From a virus, in the IMG/VR virus record IMGVR_UViG_3300032236_001232, positions 64,001 to 128,000 of that record: a stretch of DNA of 64,000 bases. The stretch is one strand, 5' to 3'. The position numbers were made by a program, and so were the translations under genes. Of the stretch, positions 39,989 through 49,178 are shown in pieces (the first letter of the stretch is position 1; every line of letters starts with the position of its first letter). The notes below the pieces were generated by a model that saw only the letters and a list, made by a program, of their open reading frames with translations, searched no databases and was not told where the DNA came from.

Positions 39989-42055
39989 TTATGCCGCAAA
40001 TAGGTTTCCGTTTAGGCCTCGGGTAGCAGTTAATGTGCGTTTACTAACTTCTACCAGTTCTCGAACTGCCGATAGCATTTGACCATTAGTAGTATTTAAC
40101 TGATTTATACTTTCTGCTAGCCCGTTCTGATTAGACACAGCAGACATCATCGAAGTGAGATTGTCATTGCTAATAACATCGCCCCGAGCACCGAGATTTA
40201 CTATTTCAGGACCACGTTCTCCAACTAGGTAAGATCCCGGAGTAGTTACTCCACCCTTTTCTCTTTCCCCAGTTAATGGTGCTGCCGGTATCGCCGATTG
40301 CGACGGGGGTGAACTAAAAAATCTTTCATCGATTCCGTTTAAGATTTGTCTTACAATCCCTCCTGAATTTTCTGCACCACTAACAGCGCCGGGTGTTCCT
40401 TCACCAGCAGCACCTGGCTGATTCTCAAATAGTAAATTTGTCAGTGTTGGAATGGAATTCTTAATGTGGTCCATTACTCCATTCCACCCTGCTAACATAT
40501 CTTTAAACAACTTTTCTTGAGCAGTTTTATCTCCGAGAGCAGCCGCTGTGGCAGTTTTTGCTAAGTCAAGAGCGTCGTTGACAAATTTTGTTATTTTTTC
40601 CCCAAGTTTGGTTGGATCCAACATGCCCTCTATTGCTGTCATTCCTCCTGCTTTATCAAACAACTGCTGTGTAAAAGATTCTATAGAAGTTATTATATCG
40701 GGTAATTTCTTAGCTAACGGTAATGCAATTTTATTGTTTAAAAACTCAGAAATACTGGTTCCTATTGTCAACGCACTTTTAAAAGTAGGTTCTAATGCTT
40801 TTAGAACCTTATTAGCATTGTCTATGGTTTGTTTTAACTGATCTGTTCCTATTGTTGCTTCTGTTTTTGATAGTTTCGAGCTGGCTACTAAACTATCTGT
40901 AATTTCTTTTATTTCTGCCGGGGTCTTGTTAGTTGTTGCAGTTAATGTTCTAACAATTTGCTCAATGGCTTTGCTAAGATCTGTGCCGCCTTGTAGTCCA
41001 CCGGCGAGTAATACTGTCCTGATTTTATTAAAATCTTCTCGCACACCCGGAATCGAGTCTGCTAGAGATTTGCTAAATCTTCCTAGTGCATCCTCGTACT
41101 TAATGTTTCCATCTTTTGATATTGCTATTAATTCCTGCTGTCTTGCTACACTGGCTTCTTGTGTAGCTGTAAACAATCTTGCCGCTTGAGTCATTGGTGG
41201 AAACCCAGCAGCCTGTGCTTTTAGTGCGTCTGCTCCTGCTTTACCGGTTACAGCAAGTTCTTGAGTCACTGCTGCTTGAAGTTTTTTAGCTTCTTCAGGA
41301 TCGAGCGAAGCAAGATAATTTTGATATTGTGCTTCTGCCAGTTCCTCGGCAGCCTTTTCTGCCAATGCTTTTCTACTTTGACCTGTAAGATCGCTTAGGG
41401 CAGTTAATTGCACAGCATAATCAGCAGTAGCCTTTGCTATTTCTGTTTCACTCATCTGCCTGGCTTTGTTCATCGAACCTTGGCCACGCATAAACAATGC
41501 TGTCATCTCTGCTGCTTCTTGGAATCCAATACCAAGATTGGCCATCATGTTGCTGGTCTCTGATCCCTTGGCCAGTAAAATGCCCTGTGTCCTAGCAAAT
41601 GTTTCAGTTCCTGCTTGAACACCTCCACCAAAGGTAGTTAATATACTCGAGTTATCACCAACAACTTTTCCAAACTGATCAAGGCTAAGATAAGTTTTAT
41701 TGGCAGTATCTCTCATGAGATCAAGTTTTCCGCCAAATGTCGCGCCAACATTACTGAGAGTCTGCTGAGTTGCTATATTTTTTTCTAGTGTTGCTATAGC
41801 AGTGTTTAAAACAGAAGAAAAGGCTGCCCCTAGTGGCCCAAGTAAACTGGCTACCTGCCCAACTGCTGCCCCCATATCCCCAAGACTTGCTGCCCCTGAA
41901 GCGGCCGATTTAGACATCGCAAATGATGAGGAAACAAACGTATTAAGTATATTAGAAATACCACTAGGGAGTTTATCAAGAGCAACCTTAGTCGCTATTG
42001 CAGCAGCTCCTAATCCTACTATTCCTGCTGTGGTAGTTGCTGCTTCATCTGCCAT
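39989..42055 (-). CDS. Tape-measure-like protein
   Basis: Ala/Leu/Gln-rich helical 688 aa; C-terminal GG...YLVGERGPEIV motif common in tape measure proteins. Confidence 0.7.
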   Translation of the reverse strand: MADEAATTTAGIVGLGAAAIATKVALDKLPSGISNILNTFVSSSFAMSKSAASGAASLGDMGAAVGQVASLLGPLGAAFSSVLNTAIATLEKNIATQQTLSNVGATFGGKLDLMRDTANKTYLSLDQFGKVVGDNSSILTTFGGGVQAGTETFARTQGILLAKGSETSNMMANLGIGFQEAAEMTALFMRGQGSMNKARQMSETEIAKATADYAVQLTALSDLTGQSRKALAEKAAEELAEAQYQNYLASLDPEEAKKLQAAVTQELAVTGKAGADALKAQAAGFPPMTQAARLFTATQEASVARQQELIAISKDGNIKYEDALGRFSKSLADSIPGVREDFNKIRTVLLAGGLQGGTDLSKAIEQIVRTLTATTNKTPAEIKEITDSLVASSKLSKTEATIGTDQLKQTIDNANKVLKALEPTFKSALTIGTSISEFLNNKIALPLAKKLPDIITSIESFTQQLFDKAGGMTAIEGMLDPTKLGEKITKFVNDALDLAKTATAAALGDKTAQEKLFKDMLAGWNGVMDHIKNSIPTLTNLLFENQPGAAGEGTPGAVSGAENSGGIVRQILNGIDERFFSSPPSQSAIPAAPLTGEREKGGVTTPGSYLVGERGPEIVNLGARGDVISNDNLTSMMSAVSNQNGLAESINQLNTTNGQMLSAVRELVEVSKRTLTATRGLNGNLFAA

Positions 42056-42079
42056 TTAGTTTTTCCAATAAAGTGCTCA

Positions 42080-42107
42080 TATAAATAATCTAGTTAATAT
42101 GTATTTA
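42080..42107. promoter_or_regulatory. Pair of late promoters serving the divergent genes
   Basis: TATAAATA on + at 42080-42087 and (A)ATAAATA on - around 42102-42108, in the 65-nt gap between the tape-measure-like and gp26-like genes. Confidence 0.65.
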
Positions 42108-42120
42108 TTGGAGATAAGAT

Positions 42121-42993
42121 ATGACGATTCAGGCAAAAGTAAACCCATTACTCGGCTATATGAGACAGCCGAAGATCTATGTTCGATTACCAAGTAATGG
42201 ATTCTTTTGGGAAGAGGGCAGTATTGATGTGCCCGAAAACAACGAATTTCCAGTATATTCGATGACAGCCAAGGATGAATTAACATTCAAGACTCCGGAC
42301 GCCCTAATGAATGGGCAAGCGGTAGTTGATGTTATTCAAAGTTGTATGCCTAACATAAAAGATGCATGGAAATGTCCCGGGATAGATGTTGACCTTATTC
42401 TAATCGCAATTAGAATCGCTACATACGGCGGGACCATGACCATCTCACATCAGGTTCCCGGGACTGATGAAACCGTTGACCACAGTATCGACCTTACTGC
42501 TGTAATGGATCAGATATTATCTACAACAAATTGGAATGAAACCGTAGAAATTAGTCCAGATATTACATGTGGTGTTAAGCCGTTAACATATAGGCAAATG
42601 ACCGATGTAGGTATTAGGACGTTTGAATCACAAAAGACCATGCAGTCCGTTGCTAATTCCGATTTATCAGATGAACAAAAATTAGAATTTTTTAATCAAG
42701 GACTATCAAAGCTAACTGATCTTACAGTAGAAATGATTGCGGCCAGTATATTTTATGTAAAGACACCCAATAGTTTTGTTGAAAATCGACAATTTATTCA
42801 AGAATTTATTCAAAATGCTGACGCAGTGTTAACGCAAAAGATTCAAGACCTTATAACTGAAAACAAAAAGACAGTGGGTATTCTTCCAATAACAGTGCAT
42901 TCTACCGAAGAGCAGATTCTTGCTGGTGCTCCTGTATCTTATGAATTACCTATCACAATGGATAATTCCAATTTTTTCGTTCAAGGCTCTTAA
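42121..42993 (+). CDS. gp26: T4 gp26-like baseplate hub / tail assembly chaperone
   Basis: IYVRLPS.G, PVYSMTAKDE, DVDLILIAIRIATYG. Confidence 0.75.
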   Translation: MTIQAKVNPLLGYMRQPKIYVRLPSNGFFWEEGSIDVPENNEFPVYSMTAKDELTFKTPDALMNGQAVVDVIQSCMPNIKDAWKCPGIDVDLILIAIRIATYGGTMTISHQVPGTDETVDHSIDLTAVMDQILSTTNWNETVEISPDITCGVKPLTYRQMTDVGIRTFESQKTMQSVANSDLSDEQKLEFFNQGLSKLTDLTVEMIAASIFYVKTPNSFVENRQFIQEFIQNADAVLTQKIQDLITENKKTVGILPITVHSTEEQILAGAPVSYELPITMDNSNFFVQGS

Positions 42994-43208
42994 CATTATC
43001 TAATGATGAGATTATCAAATTAGTTGAGAGCCATGAAAAAGAATCAAAGGTATTAAAGAAAGAATTATTTAAACTGTGTTGGTATATGAGAGGATCTATT
43101 ACCATAGAGCAAGCCTTTCAATTAGATTACGAAAGTAGAGAAATTATTAGTAGTATTATTAGTGAGAACTTAGAAACAACAAAGGAAAGCGGACTTCCTT
43201 TCTTTTAA
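42972..43208 (+). CDS. -1 frame extension of the gp26-like gene (or a small separate ORF)
   Basis: Open frame FFRSRLLTLSNDEII...LCWYMRGSITIEQAF...KESGLPFF* with no ATG until WYM; begins at slippery T TTT TTC. Not in the ORF track. Confidence 0.7.
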   Translation, partial: FFRSRLLTLSNDEIIKLVESHEKESKVLKKELFKLCWYMRGSITIEQAFQLDYESREIISSIISENLETTKESGLPFF

Positions 43209-43211
43209 TAC

Positions 43212-43658
43212 TGAGAAGTGAACTGCGTTCACTTGATATTTCGCGCGAAGCGCTCATATCATATGGTCTTCTTCGAAGAAGATATTAATATTATCCAGAT
43301 TCATTGGTCACACTTCGCCCGCACAGGGCGAAGAATATTGAACATTATCCGAGTTCTTATGTTCACTTAGTGTTAGAGCGTTACAGAGGCGGTCATCCGG
43401 TACCTCGAGCTCCGTCTTCGATATGACGGCAGCATAACAATATACACTAACATATTGGTATGCCCAGGGTTTTTCTCCCTTCTTTTAGCCTATTTTAATA
43501 TTTTCTAACAATCAAACAGCAGGTCTTGGCTGTCTACATCCTTGCGGGTAGTGATTGAGAACTCTTAGCGGCAAGAGATTTCCGTCCCTGTGATACGATT
43601 GTCCAGGTTTAGGGCACTTGAAGTTGGCCAGTGCAAGCCTTAATACCGCGTGATATGC
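43212..43658 (-). ncRNA. Candidate large structured non-coding RNA (~450 nt), family not recognised
   Basis: ORF-free stretch packed with about ten stems, a GCAA tetraloop on the minus strand and a potential 7-bp pseudoknot. Confidence 0.65.
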
Positions 43659-44084
43659 CTATTTTTTTCTTATATGACTACCGTGAATACGGCAGTTTAT
43701 GATGCCATTGTAATAATCGTCTGATTCCAATACTTTGCGTTCAAACTGTTCTCGGGCCTCGATGTAACTGGTTTCTGCCTTGCTGCCACAATAATAAAGT
43801 ATTTCTCTTGTGAAATTTTCTTTGCCTAGTTTAGATATGTCTTCATGGAGATTAGGACTGCTACCCCAATATTCTCTCCAATCGCTGTCTATTTTACTTT
43901 TAATTCGTTTTTTCTTTTTAGTGCCGTTTTTTAATGTAACTGTTTTATATGTAGTTTTGCTGAATTTACTTAATTTTTTGCCTATGTATTTTCTGCCGGT
44001 GACAGTGTTGGTTATGATATAAACATAACCAACACAATCCTCGGGCAGTTCATCAATAACTGTACCTTGATAGGTCCAGGTCAT
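43659..44084 (-). CDS. Small GIY-YIG nuclease-family protein
   Basis: GYVYIITN..TGRKYIGKK, YWGSS, F.REIL, E..E, YYN; Lys-rich insertion; 141 aa. Confidence 0.8.
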   Translation of the reverse strand: MTWTYQGTVIDELPEDCVGYVYIITNTVTGRKYIGKKLSKFSKTTYKTVTLKNGTKKKKRIKSKIDSDWREYWGSSPNLHEDISKLGKENFTREILYYCGSKAETSYIEAREQFERKVLESDDYYNGIINCRIHGSHIRKK

Positions 44085-44087
44085 TGA

Positions 44088-44315
44088 TTATTTTTTAGCT
44101 GCTTTTACTGGTGCTGCTTTCGCTGCGTCTTTTTCTGCCTTGCGAGCATTCTTTTCAGCAGTGATTTCGTTGCGACGAGCCTTCACTAGTTTGCTGATAT
44201 CGGCCAATGCTTTGCGAGCACGAGTTCCGGCAGCAGCGTTACCACTGGTGAATTTAGCATCTTCTTTGAGAAACTCATCAAATGCTGCTTGTAGATTTTC
44301 AACTGTCGATTCCAT
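44088..44315 (-). CDS. Small basic histone H1-like (Hc1-type) DNA-binding protein
   Basis: KFTSGNAAAGTRARKAL..I.KL.KARR core with an Ala/Lys tail. Confidence 0.7.
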   Translation of the reverse strand: MESTVENLQAAFDEFLKEDAKFTSGNAAAGTRARKALADISKLVKARRNEITAEKNARKAEKDAAKAAPVKAAKK

Positions 44316-44613
44316 TTTTTCTTCCTTTTGGTCTTCCGCCAGGCTTAATCCTGGGTTTTGCTTTTGCTCTCAATTCTTTGAGACGTTGTCTTTGAGCCTT
44401 GGTGTTTTCTTGATTTTCTTTAAAGCACTCTAATGCCAATTGAGCCATTTCTCTTTCAAGTTTGATCATTGAATATAAACTGGTTCTAACTTGAGCAGTA
44501 GAATCTTTACCTCGATTCTCCATAAACACGCTATGATAGTTATGCAAAGTTACAAAGTGCTTTACATATTCTGAATACAGCACTCTATAACGATCAATTT
44601 TTTCAGTTAACAT
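44299..44613 (-). CDS. Hypothetical protein (104 aa, basic C-terminus)
   Basis: Overlaps both neighbours in the operon. Confidence 0.65.
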   Translation of the reverse strand: MLTEKIDRYRVLYSEYVKHFVTLHNYHSVFMENRGKDSTAQVRTSLYSMIKLEREMAQLALECFKENQENTKAQRQRLKELRAKAKPRIKPGGRPKGRKNGIDS

Positions 44614-46390
44614 AATCTAAACTGTTAGAATACGAAGTGAACCCATTCTCTTTGATAACCCTAAGCACGTTATTCACACGCCCGATCAATTCATCCTTAT
44701 GACTGATTAAGTATATATTCTTATTTCGTTCTCTGGCCATCTTTTTTAGAACCGCTAGGGCACTTTCTACCCCTGCTGAGTCCATGCCCGCATCGACTAA
44801 CTCGTCGATAAACAGTAGATTGATATGTTGATACAGTCCTTCCCATACATCACGGAAGGCAAAACTCATGCTGAGAATCAATCTATTGCGTTCTCCGCGT
44901 GACAAATTGTCAAAATCTAAGTCTTGTCCTAACTGTGTAATCTCCACTGTAAGGTCATTTTGAAACACAACAGTATGTGGTAATCCAAGTTTGTCAATAT
45001 AATAACTTAATCGCTTGTTGAGATAGGACAAATTCTGATCAATAATACGTTTTCTAATAAAACTATCTTTATTGGTCAACAGTTTATGTAAGAATTCTTG
45101 ATGATCCTTTAATCGAGTAAGATCATTAATGGTGTCCCAGGATATTTCTTGGATAGCGGTATTCTTTAATTCTTCAATTTGTTCATCAAAGGGATTTAAT
45201 TCCAATACCTTGCTCTCTAGTGACTTGGTTAATTGATCTAAATTATTCTTATGCCCTAGTGCTTCCGCCTCTGTATCGTAGAAAGGTTCTGGTCTGCGCC
45301 CTTGTTCGCCTATGTCTGAAAGCTCTTGCAGCACATTATCATAGTTGGTCTGACAAGTATCGAGATATACAACAGCATCTTCTAAATTCTTAGTTGCCGT
45401 TGTGGTCATTTCTTCATGTTTGTGATCATGAATATTCTGTTCACAAGCAGGACATTTTTTATCCAGTAGTGATTCCAATGCCTTACGATACCGTTCAACG
45501 GCTTTTTCGGCCTGTGTCACTGCTGTTTCATATGTGGCTTTTTGTTTATTTAGATCTCTAATCCTGTTAGAGTTTTCTAGCCACTGCTTTAGTGTAGCAT
45601 GAAGCAGTAGTTCGGCATCAATATCTACCGATTCAAGACTGACAATAGCAGCACCTAGTTTTTCAATCTCTTCATTCTTCTTTTTATTCCATGCTGCGCT
45701 CTTAATGCCTAAACTGTCAATGCTTTTTTGAACGTTTTCGTTGGCAGATTTAATTGCTTCAATACGAAATTGTTCGGAACTGATTAAATCTTTAGTTTCT
45801 TTGACACGAGTTTTTAGTAGTTCGGCCTTTTCACTGAGCAGTGTAATGCCCAACAATTGTTCAATTACTTCACGTTGATCAGCAGCCCGCATGGCCAAGA
45901 AAGGTTCTGTATAGGTATTCAGAGCAACTAGATGTTTGAACATGGTATGAGTCATGTCCAACATCTGTTCAATAGACTTTTGTGTTTCTCTGCTGTCACC
46001 TTGGCTTTCGTCCTCGCCTTGATTATCCATACTGATCTCTCGATCATCTACATACAATCTCAGCAAATTGGGTTTGCGTCCTCGTTCAATACGATAGTTT
46101 AGCCCATTCTTTTCGAACTCCACAGTGATCAACATGTTCTTACCGTTGATCTTGTTGATTAAGTTTTCTTTACGGATGTTGGTCAGTGCTTGTCCGTATA
46201 GGGCATAGCTGAGAGCATTGATAATTGTAGTCTTACCGGTGCCGTTGCGTGATCCAGTATCGTCGCCACCTAGGTCTAGGTTGCTGCCTAGCACCAATGT
46301 AAGAGATTCTTGGTCAAAATTTACTGCCTGGGTTTGATTACCCACGCTCATAAAATTCTTTACGGTTAAGTTTTTAATGCGGAATGTCAT
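44603..46390 (-). CDS. gp46: Recombination endonuclease ATPase subunit (gp46/SbcC/Rad50)
   Basis: KNFMSVG, NGTGKT Walker A, CPAC zinc hook, LSRGE signature, LLFIDE Walker B, ISH. Confidence 0.96.
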   Translation of the reverse strand: MTFRIKNLTVKNFMSVGNQTQAVNFDQESLTLVLGSNLDLGGDDTGSRNGTGKTTIINALSYALYGQALTNIRKENLINKINGKNMLITVEFEKNGLNYRIERGRKPNLLRLYVDDREISMDNQGEDESQGDSRETQKSIEQMLDMTHTMFKHLVALNTYTEPFLAMRAADQREVIEQLLGITLLSEKAELLKTRVKETKDLISSEQFRIEAIKSANENVQKSIDSLGIKSAAWNKKKNEEIEKLGAAIVSLESVDIDAELLLHATLKQWLENSNRIRDLNKQKATYETAVTQAEKAVERYRKALESLLDKKCPACEQNIHDHKHEEMTTTATKNLEDAVVYLDTCQTNYDNVLQELSDIGEQGRRPEPFYDTEAEALGHKNNLDQLTKSLESKVLELNPFDEQIEELKNTAIQEISWDTINDLTRLKDHQEFLHKLLTNKDSFIRKRIIDQNLSYLNKRLSYYIDKLGLPHTVVFQNDLTVEITQLGQDLDFDNLSRGERNRLILSMSFAFRDVWEGLYQHINLLFIDELVDAGMDSAGVESALAVLKKMARERNKNIYLISHKDELIGRVNNVLRVIKENGFTSYSNSLDYVN

Positions 46391-47400
46391 AGATCGTTGT
46401 AGATATCCATTAGGATTTTTTTATCAAATTGGCCGCTGTCGATATTGACCAGTTGTTCGGCAACAATAGTGTCAATACTTTCAAATTTAGTGTCGGGCGT
46501 GTCTTCGTAACTGCCTTCTAAGTTGCTTTTATCTTGGACCAGACCAATTTCTCTGATGTCATAGTCTTTAATAAAGGTTTCTTTGATGTAGTTGGCTTCT
46601 TCAAAACTGATATCAATGTCGAGATTAACACGCAGATACATTTTGCTCAGCATGATCTCATCCTTGCGATCAATTAGTTCGCTAAGTTTGATAGTTCTAA
46701 ACTTAGGAGCGTCAGGCCAGTTTTTGTATTCTGGCTGCCCACCCCACTCTATCATCATCATGCCGCGTTCATCATCCCACGCATCGGAGAAGTTATGTGG
46801 GAAAGCATTACCAATATATACAACATTTTGATTAGTTTGGCGTTTGTGGAAATGGCCACTGAACACATATTCTGGCCCGACAAAGTCTTCTGCCCGTAGT
46901 TCGCCATGATCCGGCATTTGCACCATGGCATTCATAAAGAACTTGGGCAGTTCAAAGTGTCCAAACACATAGCGGCTTTTGATGTTGCGCATGGTTTTCC
47001 ACTCATCACCCACTAGCCAAGGCACTAGAGTAACTTCATCTAGTGTGGTAACACCTTCAACTACAGTTACTCCGGGGATGTGTCTGCCAAAAATACTGCT
47101 GTGAATGTCTCGTTTGTCTTTATAGAACAGGTCGTGATTGCCTGGGAACCAGAAAAACTGTTTAAAGGCAGCACCCAGTTTCTCTAAACACCTAATACTG
47201 GTGTCTAGAGTGTATAGGTTCATGCTGTTTCTGTTGTGCGACCAATCACCGAGAAAGATTGCAGTTTCGCAACCTGCAGATTGAGCCTCTGCAATAAACC
47301 AGTCTACAAAATCTTCACAATCCTGTAGATGAATTACGCTATTGGACTTGGCGCCCACATGAAGATCTGTCATACAGGCAACTTTCTTAAACAGTCCCAT
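46387..47400 (-). CDS. gp47: Recombination endonuclease nuclease subunit (gp47/SbcD/Mre11)
   Basis: TDLHVG, LGD, GNHD, GHFE and SGHFH phosphoesterase motifs. Confidence 0.95.
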   Translation of the reverse strand: MGLFKKVACMTDLHVGAKSNSVIHLQDCEDFVDWFIAEAQSAGCETAIFLGDWSHNRNSMNLYTLDTSIRCLEKLGAAFKQFFWFPGNHDLFYKDKRDIHSSIFGRHIPGVTVVEGVTTLDEVTLVPWLVGDEWKTMRNIKSRYVFGHFELPKFFMNAMVQMPDHGELRAEDFVGPEYVFSGHFHKRQTNQNVVYIGNAFPHNFSDAWDDERGMMMIEWGGQPEYKNWPDAPKFRTIKLSELIDRKDEIMLSKMYLRVNLDIDISFEEANYIKETFIKDYDIREIGLVQDKSNLEGSYEDTPDTKFESIDTIVAEQLVNIDSGQFDKKILMDIYNDL

Positions 47401-48161
47401 TATACTTCCTTGGCTTTATATCCATTATAAAATTCTCCCTTGTTTGACTTTTCTAAAACTGTTTTAGCCCACTGGCCTGTCTGTCTGTAAAATTCGGCTT
47501 TGCTGGTAAAGTATAACACTTTACCATCCTCAGTTTCAACCTCTAATTTCTTCGAAACTTTTGCAGATCCCTTTGCTCCATTTTCCTTTGCAATTTTTCT
47601 GTGTTTTTCTTTATTATTATTTTGCCATTCAAGTAATTTACTAATTTTGTATTCTTTTGCTCCGGGAACAGATTTGTAATATTCTTTTAATGATGATGCT
47701 CTTCGAGCATTTACCTCGGGTGTAAATGCAGGTTTAAGCATCTCTTTTCTTTGTTCAGGAGTAGTATTAGCCCATTTTACTTTATTATATTCTGTAAAAT
47801 GTTTTCCTAATGTTGATTTTATTGCAAGTATTTCTTCTTCAGTGAGATTGATCCACCCATTGTGACCTAACCCATCACCGCCTCTACTAGAGTTTAATCC
47901 ATTTTTATAAGAATCATGCAATTCAATATGTTTTATTTCTGCTATTGCTAACGATCCTAAAGATGTAAATCCTCGTTCAATAACTTCATATAAACAATTT
48001 TCAATACCATGTTGCTTCATGGCTACATGAATTTTTCTTTTAGTTTCTTTTTTAGCAGATCGGCAATGATCTTTCCATCTTGATTTCTTATATTCGAGTT
48101 CGGTGTCCATTCCAATATAGACTTGATTTAATGGAACAACTGTAATTTTGTATATAAACAT
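47400..48161 (-). CDS. Free-standing GIY-YIG homing endonuclease (Seg-like)
   Basis: MFIYKIT...VYIG, RWKDH, E..I, GLNSSRGG; Lys-rich tail; AT-rich. Confidence 0.85.
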   Translation of the reverse strand: MFIYKITVVPLNQVYIGMDTELEYKKSRWKDHCRSAKKETKRKIHVAMKQHGIENCLYEVIERGFTSLGSLAIAEIKHIELHDSYKNGLNSSRGGDGLGHNGWINLTEEEILAIKSTLGKHFTEYNKVKWANTTPEQRKEMLKPAFTPEVNARRASSLKEYYKSVPGAKEYKISKLLEWQNNNKEKHRKIAKENGAKGSAKVSKKLEVETEDGKVLYFTSKAEFYRQTGQWAKTVLEKSNKGEFYNGYKAKEV

Positions 48162-48163
48162 AT

Positions 48164-48209
48164 TTTTGATCCTAAATGTAAATTATTATTTATACATGTA
48201 GGATCAAAA
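48164..48209 (-). promoter_or_regulatory. RBS-sequestering hairpin with embedded late promoter
   Basis: Minus strand TTTTGATCCTA-C-ATGTA / TACAT-T-TAGGATCAAAA flanking TATAAATA (48187-48194), 2 nt before the ATG. Confidence 0.8.
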
Positions 48210-48215
48210 TCAACA

Positions 48216-49124
48216 TTATACTTCTTCTTCTGGCAATTCTTCTTCGATGCTGTCGTCTCTCTTAGGTTGCCTGATGTTTTTATACAGTTCAGCTTGACGA
48301 GCAGTTTCCTCTGCATATTCATGTGCGTGTTGTCTAGTAGAACTTGGAGTTAGTCCATTTTCTTCCAGCATATCATCGCGAATATTTTGATTCTTTTTCT
48401 CGATATTCAGCACACGAGTAAAAGAATTAGTTACCGCGGCAGTGTAGTAGGCAAATGGGTTTTCGCTTTTACTCTCATCAAACTGTAGACCAATTTGACT
48501 TAATTGTAGAATGGCTTGTCCACGCATTTCGTCAATGTAAGTATATCCACGCCAGTTGCTGCGTTGGGCATAGCGTTCGCTTAGTTTAATATACATGCGT
48601 CCCAGACCTTCTGTGATACGACCATGGTCTTTATTAAAATTACCTGTATCAACTGGGCCCTTCCAGTGGCTCTTTCCTACACAGATCAGTTGATCTTGGT
48701 CGTCGTATTTCCAATGTTGGAATGGAGGGAAGTTTACTTTTTCGTGACCATCGGCTGTGGTTTTGGTAGTTTTCTTTCTACCCGGGCTTAATGGGATATG
48801 ATCAAAAGTCATTATGCGAATAACAAGATCAATTTTGTCAATGGTATTAGGATCCTTTACACATTCTGCCAGTTTAATTTTCTTATCACCGGCGGCTCTT
48901 GCTAAGTTAAATGCTTCTAATCCTAATCTTTTAGCACGATTCTTTTTGGCTTCGTCGATTACAGACTGGTCAATGCTGGACAGGTTAGAAACGATAACGT
49001 CGTATTGATGGTATTCTGGTTTAGCAAAGCTAGAGTAAGAACATTTACTTTTGTGAATTTCTATCAGTAAGTCTCGATTATTTAGATATTTTACCTTGCG
49101 TCCAGTGGTTGCGTCAATCGTCAT
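48216..49124 (-). CDS. gp55: Late-transcription sigma factor (T4 gp55-like)
   Basis: YLNNRDLL; NWRGYTYIDEM; FDESKSENPFAYYT..F.R..IEKK; sits next to 47/46 as in T4-like phages. Confidence 0.85.
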   Translation of the reverse strand: MTIDATTGRKVKYLNNRDLLIEIHKSKCSYSSFAKPEYHQYDVIVSNLSSIDQSVIDEAKKNRAKRLGLEAFNLARAAGDKKIKLAECVKDPNTIDKIDLVIRIMTFDHIPLSPGRKKTTKTTADGHEKVNFPPFQHWKYDDQDQLICVGKSHWKGPVDTGNFNKDHGRITEGLGRMYIKLSERYAQRSNWRGYTYIDEMRGQAILQLSQIGLQFDESKSENPFAYYTAAVTNSFTRVLNIEKKNQNIRDDMLEENGLTPSSTRQHAHEYAEETARQAELYKNIRQPKRDDSIEEELPEEEV

Positions 49125-49149
49125 ATTTTTTATATTTTCCTTGTGATTT

Positions 49150-49178
49150 ATAATAGCACAGCAATGTGTTTATGTCAA
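49150..49178 (-). promoter_or_regulatory. Sigma70-type promoter for the gp55-seg-47-46 operon
   Basis: TTGACA - 17 nt - TATTAT with an extended -10 TG. Confidence 0.75.

Noticed and set aside
43209-43658. Group I intron, tRNA, tmRNA or RNase P as the identity of the structured region
   Set aside because: The flanking genes converge and are complete. I could not find P7 core, T-loop/CCA or GAGGAAAGUCC signatures by eye.
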